Source: an uncultured Pseudomonadota bacterium
GTDB taxonomy: Bacteria; SAR324; NAC60-12
DNA: 13,994 nucleotides
Direction: 5' to 3'
Assembly (NCBI GenBank): GCA_913020725.1
Contig: CAJWCD010000099.1
Coordinates: forward strand, 1-13,994
Under the pieces are notes generated by a model. That model saw only the letters and a list, made by a program, of their open reading frames with translations. It searched no databases and had not been told where the DNA came from. Numbering within the stretch: position 1 is the stretch's first letter; each line of letters opens with the position of its first letter. Below are positions 6,943-13,994 of the stretch, piece by piece. A program made the translations under genes and the position numbers.

Positions 6943-8547
6943 ATGCCAATTCCTGGAGTTGAAACCCTGAGTGATGGAGCAAAAAAATGGCTGGCCCACG
7001 CCATTGCGGGCATGACGGTGGTGGATGGCGAGGTGGACAGTTCCGAATTGTCTCACCTTCGTGAGGCCATCGAATTTCTGGACGATAAGGGGGAAGTCGA
7101 AGAACTCATGTCGGAGGTCCGGGAACATCACGTTGCGGAACTCTCTCCTCAGCAAATGCAGAAGCGTCAAGCGTTTGCAATTCTCAAGGAATTGGCGCAG
7201 CTTGCGGTTGCGGATCGGGTTTTGTCGGCATCCGAGGAGGATTACCTGCGACATGCCTCCGAATTGCTAGGACTGCCGAACGAGATCGCGGAAAAGCTGA
7301 TCGTGACCGCTCGGAAAGTGGTCCACGAAATCATCCCCGCCAAACTCACCTTCCAGAAACACCGCTACAGTGCCACTTGCTTGGCGATTCAGGAAAAACG
7401 CTGCCTCCTCGCGGCCAAGCAGGTGATCCCTCCGGGCACCATGGTCCTGCTTGAGATCGGCGAACAAGACAGCGCGGTGGAGCAGTATTTCTCGCCAATC
7501 TCCTGCCGAGTGTTGACAACCAAGGAAACCTCCGGAGAATCCGGCAATCACCTGCTGGTGCTGGCTTACAAGGAACGCCCGACCTTGAGCCACGGGATTC
7601 TCCATGTGATTCACCCGGAACAGTCGGTGGACGCCCAACCGCAATCCGTGCCCACCCGGAATGAAGCTCTGTCTGGAATTCTGCTGACGTGTTACGTCTG
7701 CGGGAACCCGAAGGTGCCATGGTGGTCCTTGGAAACTGAAGTCCGTGCGCAGTACAACATCTTCGGCATTCCCCGCTATCAGGAGGACATCAACATCTAT
7801 TCCGGATTCAACTTCTCATTTTATCGAACTGGGGTTTGTCCGGAATGCCTGTTTGTCAGCCCGTTGCAATCCTCCTTCTACCGCCCCGGCACTGCGGTCA
7901 AGCCGGCTGCATTCCTCAATCCGGAATTCCGCACCAAGTGGTTCAGCACGATTGTAAACCGCAAGCGTGAGGTCAAGAGCGATGTTCGCTGGGTGTCTTC
8001 GGATCGCCGCAATCTGGACGAAGGGTTGTCTGCTTGGAAACTGGCTGCGGCGACCAGCGACCGACTTGCCGAATTCAACAAGCACGACCGCTGGCATTAT
8101 GACTTCATCCGGGGTTGGTGCCTGTTGGAAGAAGCGGAACTGTTCATGCAGCAGGGTTTTGTCAGCATGGCCGCAGGGCGGGTGGAACTCGCCGGGGTGG
8201 TTTTCAGCAAATCCCTCGCCGCTTATCCTGCTGAAGTCCGACTCGTCGTGCTACCCGTTCTCGCACTCATCGCGCTGCACAACAAGCAGGACAGCCACCA
8301 TATCGAGTTGCTGGTCGAGTTTGCAGAATTGCCGGTGCAACTGCCCGCTGACGAGTTGCGCCAAAAACACGAACAGCTCAATGCGGTGATTTCCGAATTC
8401 TCCAAGTTGTCCAAAGGTTATCACAAAGGAGGCCATGAGAATTTTATGCCAACGGACACCCACAAGGGGCTTGCAGAAGTGGCCCCCCTGCTCAACTTCG
8501 CCCACTGTGCAATGCTGCCTTCCGACGGATCAGCTGTCAGTTCATGA
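6943..8547 (+). CDS. Multidomain protein: TerB-like N-terminus, degenerate PilZ-like barrel, 4-Cys zinc ribbon (DUF2225-like), helical C-terminus
   Basis: TerB-type VDGEVDSSE and ADRVLSASEEDYL...LLGL. Beta-rich middle (PAKLTF...ATCLAIQEKRCLL...GTMVLLEI...ISCRV). CYVC and CPEC pairs. Confidence 0.72.
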   Translation: MPIPGVETLSDGAKKWLAHAIAGMTVVDGEVDSSELSHLREAIEFLDDKGEVEELMSEVREHHVAELSPQQMQKRQAFAILKELAQLAVADRVLSASEEDYLRHASELLGLPNEIAEKLIVTARKVVHEIIPAKLTFQKHRYSATCLAIQEKRCLLAAKQVIPPGTMVLLEIGEQDSAVEQYFSPISCRVLTTKETSGESGNHLLVLAYKERPTLSHGILHVIHPEQSVDAQPQSVPTRNEALSGILLTCYVCGNPKVPWWSLETEVRAQYNIFGIPRYQEDINIYSGFNFSFYRTGVCPECLFVSPLQSSFYRPGTAVKPAAFLNPEFRTKWFSTIVNRKREVKSDVRWVSSDRRNLDEGLSAWKLAAATSDRLAEFNKHDRWHYDFIRGWCLLEEAELFMQQGFVSMAAGRVELAGVVFSKSLAAYPAEVRLVVLPVLALIALHNKQDSHHIELLVEFAELPVQLPADELRQKHEQLNAVISEFSKLSKGYHKGGHENFMPTDTHKGLAEVAPLLNFAHCAMLPSDGSAVSS

Positions 8548-8692
8548 AACAGGGTTTCCGTAGATTTCTTAGATAATTTTATATGTTCGATAATTACAGT
8601 AATCACACATATAAGCCTCACTAGCGGATATGGGTGGTGTTTTTAGCGTGGTCGGTTTACAGTGATTCGGCAACACTTCTTAGAGGCATAAA

Positions 8693-9349
8693 ATGGCAGA
8701 CTATGAAATCCTCCCGGATCTTCCGGACGAACACTTGCAAGCCTACCTCACAAAGCCGTTGATTGCGGTGGATTGCGAGATGCACGGCTTGCGGCTCTAC
8801 CGCGACGATCTCTGCCTGATTCAGGTGGGCGATGACGAGCAGCGGGTAGTGCTCGTGCGCCCACAGTCGGAATGCCCACCCAATCTCAAGACCCTCCTCA
8901 CCCATCCGGACACCACCAAGGTGTTTCACTTTGCACTTTCGGATGTAGGTTTCCTCAAGGTCCGTTACGGAATCGACGTGCGCCCGTTGCGCTGCACCCG
9001 AGTGATGAGCAAGCTGATCCGCACCTATTCGCAGTCCCATGGACTCAAGGACCTCTGCAAGGAACTGCTGGGGATCGAGTTGAACAAGGAGCAACAGCAG
9101 ACGAACTGGATGCAGGACGACCTCAGCACCGAACAGTTGCAATACGCCGCAAATGACGTGCTACACCTCGTCGCGATCTACCGCAAGCTGGAGGAGATGA
9201 TCCGGAGCCGCCCCGCCTTGTCCACCAGTGCCACCGTTTCCGAACTCAACGAAACCGCCCAGGCCATGATTCCGGGGCTGGTCGAGTTGCTGATCCACGG
9301 CTATGGCGATGAGGACAGTGGCTGGAAGACCACGCTATTTTCTCACTGA
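8693..9349 (+). CDS. rnd: Ribonuclease D-like DEDDy 3'-5' exonuclease, short form without HRDC domain
   Basis: ExoI IAVDCEMHGL, LCLIQV, ExoII FHFALSDV, HGLKDLCKELLGIELNKEQQQTNW, ExoIII YAANDV. GAGG RBS upstream. Confidence 0.9.
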   Translation: MADYEILPDLPDEHLQAYLTKPLIAVDCEMHGLRLYRDDLCLIQVGDDEQRVVLVRPQSECPPNLKTLLTHPDTTKVFHFALSDVGFLKVRYGIDVRPLRCTRVMSKLIRTYSQSHGLKDLCKELLGIELNKEQQQTNWMQDDLSTEQLQYAANDVLHLVAIYRKLEEMIRSRPALSTSATVSELNETAQAMIPGLVELLIHGYGDEDSGWKTTLFSH

Positions 9350-9362
9350 ACGTTCGTGGGGA

Positions 9363-9400
9363 TTTAGGCTGTCAGTTGTTACGGAACTCTACAACCTAAA
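9363..9400. terminator. Imperfect hairpin between convergent rnd and xer-like genes; possible terminator
   Basis: TTTAGGCTGT (9363-9372) pairs with ACAACCTAAA (9391-9400), 9/10, with an inner AGTT/AACT pair. No strong poly-U tract. Confidence 0.35.
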
Positions 9401-9411
9401 CAGGTCACCAC

Positions 9412-10704
<1,293 letters not shown>

Positions 10705-10859
10705 ATTTTACGCCAAATCCGGAAAAACGACTGCTCAGAATCGGCACCACCGCACAATTTCACCCACATGCTGCCAGCACCTTGTTTTCAGCCTTTCTCT
10801 AATTCTTGGCGGTTTTGGAGAGTTTTCTCGTTTTCGCCACGAATCCCCTCTTGATTCAC

Positions 10860-10924
10860 CACAGAGTCGCAGAGGTTTTGTCTTCATCTGATTTTTTCTC
10901 TGCGCCCTCTGTGTCTCTGCGTGA
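10860..10924. repeat. CACAGAG/CGCAGAG-type imperfect inverted repeat between convergent genes
   Basis: CACAGAGTCGCAGAG (10860-10874) pairs with CTCTGCGCCCTCTGTG (10898-10913), followed by another TCTCTGCGTG unit at 9-bp periodicity. Confidence 0.65.
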
Positions 10925-10934
10925 TTTTTCTGGT

Positions 10935-11132
10935 TTAAACTGAAGCAAGCGGCTTGCGCATCGATTTGGCCTCAAAACTCTGACACTCTGCTCCAGAGGT
11001 TTGGAAAACATACTGACTGGGTTCAAGCCGACTTTTGAAGTTCAGTACTCCACAGCCATAGGGCCGTTCGGTGTCCCAAGTGATCTGGTAGTGTTGGCAC
11101 TGGATGCAGCGAACTCTGGTCGTTCCAGACAT
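10935..11132 (-). CDS. Small conserved 4-Cys protein
   Basis: 65 aa: CIQCQHYQITWD..PYGC...FKS..PS..V..TSGAEC..F, a recognisable small bacterial family. Starts 10 bp after the receiver-domain gene. Confidence 0.8.
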   Translation of the reverse strand: MSGTTRVRCIQCQHYQITWDTERPYGCGVLNFKSRLEPSQYVFQTSGAECQSFEAKSMRKPLASV

Positions 11133-11142
11133 GAGACCGCCC

Positions 11143-11526
11143 TCACTTCAGCAAGGGGTCCAGCACCTTCGAGAGCGTGAAGGCGTCAAAGGGCTTAATG
11201 AGGTGACCACTCATCGGACTGTTTTCGTTTTCGGCTTCGGCGAGGACGGCCTCGGTTTCGTGCATCATCATGAGGAGGATGGGCACCTCCTGAAACCCAT
11301 CTCGCCCCCGCAATTCCTGCAAGAGTTCCATCCCGTTTTTTTCTGGCATGTTCAGATCGATCAGGATCATATCCGGGACTTCGTTCTCCAGTAAATCCAG
11401 CGCCTGTGCGGCACTGCTGGCCTCAATGCAGGTGAACTCCAACTCCTCCATCGTGTTGCGGATAAAGCGACGTGCCGTGGGGAAGTCATCCACAATCATT
11501 GCCGTTTTGCCAGTGAATTGAGCCAT
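11143..11526 (-). CDS. Stand-alone CheY-like response regulator receiver domain
   Basis: MIVDD acidic pocket, ILIDLNMPEKNG phosphoacceptor Asp, LIKPF conserved Lys. 127 aa with no output domain. Confidence 0.9.
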   Translation of the reverse strand: MAQFTGKTAMIVDDFPTARRFIRNTMEELEFTCIEASSAAQALDLLENEVPDMILIDLNMPEKNGMELLQELRGRDGFQEVPILLMMMHETEAVLAEAENENSPMSGHLIKPFDAFTLSKVLDPLLK

Positions 11527-11530
11527 AAAA

Positions 11531-11597
11531 TCAGTTGTCAGTTGTCAGTTGTCAGTTGTCAGTTGTTTACTGTTCGCTGACAACTGATAACTGTTCA
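11531..11597. repeat. Heptamer array with inverted halves (hairpin)
   Basis: (TCAGTTG)x5 perfect at 11531-11565, then opposite-sense TTTACTG TTCGCTG ACAACTG ATAACTG TTCA. Confidence 0.92.
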
Positions 11598-12368
11598 GTA
11601 ACCAAAGTGCTTGATTTTCTCTCCGCCCCGGCCGATTTCGGCCATGGCGCGGATACCGATGTCCAAATGCAGATCCGTGTAGCGGGCCGTGACGGCCTTG
11701 TCGGATTCCTGCGTCTTGATGCCCTCCGGAGTCATCGGGGTGTCCGAGACGAGCAGCAGCGCCCCGCGTGGAATCTGGTTGACGTGTCCGACGATGAACA
11801 CGGTTGCGGTTTCCATGTCAATCCCGATGGCCGACAGGATCCGCAGCCGCTCCCGGAATTGATCATCCCACTCCCAAACACGGCGGTTGGTGGTGTAGAT
11901 CACCCCCGTCCGGTACTCCTGGCGGTACTGCAACACCGTGTTCGAGACAAACTTATGGAGCTTAAACGACGGCAATGCCGGAACCTCCGGAGGCAGGTAA
12001 TCATTACTGGTGCCCTCCCCCCGAATTGCTGCGACCGGCAGGATGAACCGGCCGATTTCTGCCGAACGCTTTAAACCTCCGCACTTCCCCAGAAACAGCA
12101 CCCCCCGAGGCTTGCAAGCAACGAGCAAATCCATGATCGTTGCAGCGTTTGCGGAACCCATCCCAAAATTGATGAGGGTCAATCCGTCCTTGTTGGTCAC
12201 GGTCTGCATCGGACCTCCCTCTCCCAGAATGGGAACATCGAAACGCTGGGAGAACTTGACCAAGTAGTTGAAGAAATTGGTGAGCAGGATATGTGGGCCA
12301 AAGCCATCCAGTCCTGTGCCAGTGTAACGTGGAAGCCAGTCTTTGGCGATGTCCAGCTTGGTTTTCAT
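11595..12368 (-). CDS. amn: AMP nucleosidase, short form (PNP/UDP phosphorylase family)
   Basis: ATG 12368: MKTKLDIAKDWLPRYTG...ILLTNF...INFGMGSANAATIMDLL...FLGKCGG...IRGEGTSNDY...TTNRRVWE...IDMETAT...LLLVSD. 257 aa, ATGA overlap with the proA stop. Confidence 0.9.
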   Translation of the reverse strand: MKTKLDIAKDWLPRYTGTGLDGFGPHILLTNFFNYLVKFSQRFDVPILGEGGPMQTVTNKDGLTLINFGMGSANAATIMDLLVACKPRGVLFLGKCGGLKRSAEIGRFILPVAAIRGEGTSNDYLPPEVPALPSFKLHKFVSNTVLQYRQEYRTGVIYTTNRRVWEWDDQFRERLRILSAIGIDMETATVFIVGHVNQIPRGALLLVSDTPMTPEGIKTQESDKAVTARYTDLHLDIGIRAMAEIGRGGEKIKHFGY

Positions 12369-13708
12369 GAGTGCAACTGCGGAAGCGTTTGCGGCAGGGG
12401 TTCGTGACAAAATTCCCTCTTGCCAACACCATAATCGCCAGCCCCTTGTCCGGAACCATAGAGCAGGTACTTGTGAATCACCAGACCTTCCAACCCAACT
12501 GGACCACGAGCGTGAGTCCGGCAAGTGCTGACTCCGACTTCTGCACCAAATCCATAGCGGAATCCATCTGCAAAACGAGTGGAAGCGTTCCAGAAAACTC
12601 CAGCAGAATCAACCTGTTGCAGAAACTCCTGTGCATGTCCGGGATGTTCTGTGACAATCGCATCGGTGTGGTGGGAACTGCAAGTGTTGATGTGTTGAAT
12701 GGCGTCCTTCAAGCCTGGAACCGTCTTCACAGCAAGGATCAAATCTGTATATTCCGTGATCCAGTCCTCTGTGGTTGCCGATTTGACGGGAATCTCCAAG
12801 CCACCGCAAAATTTGACCCGTGTTTCCTCGCAAACCCGCAGTTCAACCCCCGCTTCGTGCAGGGCTTTCAGAATACTCTGGACTGAAACGACAGGGTGAT
12901 CCTGATGGAGCAGCAGGGTTTCCACGGCATTGCACACAGCAGGGTAGTCGGTTTTGGCGTCCACCACCACATTCAACGCCTTTTCCGGATGAGCCTCATC
13001 ATCGACAAAAACGTGGCAGATGCCCTCCGCGTGTCCCAACACTGGAACCTGCGCGTGCTTCTGTATGTGCTGGACCAAGGCGTTGCTGCCACGAGGAATG
13101 ATCAGGTCCAACTGCTCGCTGAGTTGCACAAGCTGTGCGACCTCCTCCCTCGTTGTCACCAGATTGACCGCATCGACCGGAAGTTGCACCTCTTTCAGAG
13201 TGTCCCGGATAAGAGAGGCCAGAATGACATTGGTTTTCTGCACCTCGCGCCCCCCCTTGAGGATCACCGCATTGCCAGATTTCAATGAGAGTGAACTGAT
13301 TTGCACCAAGGCATCCGGACGTGATTCGAAAATCACGAGAATCACCCCAATGGGAGTGCTAACCCGATAGAGGTCCAAACCTGCATCCAAACGGGTGCCC
13401 AACCCCACCTGCCCCACCGGGTCACTGAGTTTGGCAACAGCTTCTACACTGTTGGCGATTTGTTCGATCTTTGCAGGGCTAAGCAGCATCCGTCGATAGG
13501 CACTTTCCGAAAGCTCTCCTTCTCGGACCATCTGCTGAGCAACCGTCATATCCTTCTGATTTTCATCAAGAATTTTCGTCTGCTGTTCGCGAATGACGTG
13601 GGCAAGTTTCTGAAGTAGAGCATCCTTCTGCTCGGTTGGGGTCGTCGCCAGCACTTGCGTAGCTTGTCGTGCCGATTTGGTTTGCTGGAGCAGGATTTCA
13701 GTGAGCAT
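12365..13708 (-). CDS. proA: Gamma-glutamyl phosphate reductase (glutamate-5-semialdehyde dehydrogenase)
   Basis: PIGVILVIFESRP, KSGNAVILKGG, DLIIPRGS, GHAEGICH, catalytic YPAVCNAVETLL, SHHTDAI, NASTRFADG..YGFGAEVGVST...HARGPVGLEGL. Confidence 0.97.
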   Translation of the reverse strand: MLTEILLQQTKSARQATQVLATTPTEQKDALLQKLAHVIREQQTKILDENQKDMTVAQQMVREGELSESAYRRMLLSPAKIEQIANSVEAVAKLSDPVGQVGLGTRLDAGLDLYRVSTPIGVILVIFESRPDALVQISSLSLKSGNAVILKGGREVQKTNVILASLIRDTLKEVQLPVDAVNLVTTREEVAQLVQLSEQLDLIIPRGSNALVQHIQKHAQVPVLGHAEGICHVFVDDEAHPEKALNVVVDAKTDYPAVCNAVETLLLHQDHPVVSVQSILKALHEAGVELRVCEETRVKFCGGLEIPVKSATTEDWITEYTDLILAVKTVPGLKDAIQHINTCSSHHTDAIVTEHPGHAQEFLQQVDSAGVFWNASTRFADGFRYGFGAEVGVSTCRTHARGPVGLEGLVIHKYLLYGSGQGAGDYGVGKREFCHEPLPQTLPQLHS

Positions 13709-13874
13709 TAGGTGTGGTTTTTCGGAAGAAGTAAGCTCGTTAGTAATTTATCAGGTTGCAGTGTAATTTGTAATTCTAAAATGAACGGTCCTGCGGCAGG
13801 GGTACGGAAATTTCGTGTGGTAGTCGGGTTGTTGATTTTGAAAGGGGTTTGGTAGGAATGGTAGTGGATTTTAA

Positions 13875-13893
13875 ATTAACATAATATTAACCA
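13875..13893 (-). promoter_or_regulatory. Second, inverted copy of the 19-bp motif, upstream of proA
   Basis: ATTAACATAATATTAACCA, the exact reverse complement of 1263-1281. Confidence 0.55.
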
Positions 13894-13994
13894 TATTTTT
13901 TAAAAATCACTATCTCAGATTAATATTTTTGGATAGTCACCCTCTTGAGTGTTGGTGCCTGTCCTCAGCAAAATGCGCCCTGTAAAGTGTTGGG

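Noticed and set aside
8548..8692. AT-rich gap as an ncRNA or foreign insert
   Set aside because: No stable structure or repeat is evident; it is most simply the rnd promoter region.
10935..11132. 'Uracil-DNA glycosylase' label often attached to this small family
   Set aside because: 65 aa is too short and there are no UDG catalytic motifs.
12369..12524. N-terminal extensions in the ORF track for amn (also argJ 3419-3526 and phyH 5750-5893)
   Set aside because: They overlap neighbouring genes or repeats, and family similarity begins at the downstream ATGs.

Overview
Bacterial chromosomal region made mostly of housekeeping genes. The gene styles (TerB/DUF2225-type fusion, short RNase D, short AMP nucleosidase) suggest a deltaproteobacterial-type organism such as SAR324, but this is inference only. 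Gene order: a probably chimeric left end (unrelated ORF fragment, truncated PilT-like fragment), three small minus-strand hypothetical genes, a VOC/glyoxalase, argJ, a Cys-rich membrane protein, a PhyH dioxygenase, an AI-2E transporter, a TerB + PilZ-like + zinc-ribbon fusion, RNase D, a degenerate XerC/D-like protein divergent from glnB, and a minus-strand run proA-amn-receiver domain-small Cys protein. The most notable unexplained structure: (1) dispersed 7-bp tandem repeats at gene junctions that form inverted pairs, supply stop codons and are translated in frame inside the Xer-like gene; (2) the Xer-like protein lacks three catalytic residues; (3) an exact 19-bp motif containing the XerD half of dif occurs inverted 12.6 kb apart, with a weaker third copy. 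No CRISPR array, tRNA/rRNA or transposase was seen.
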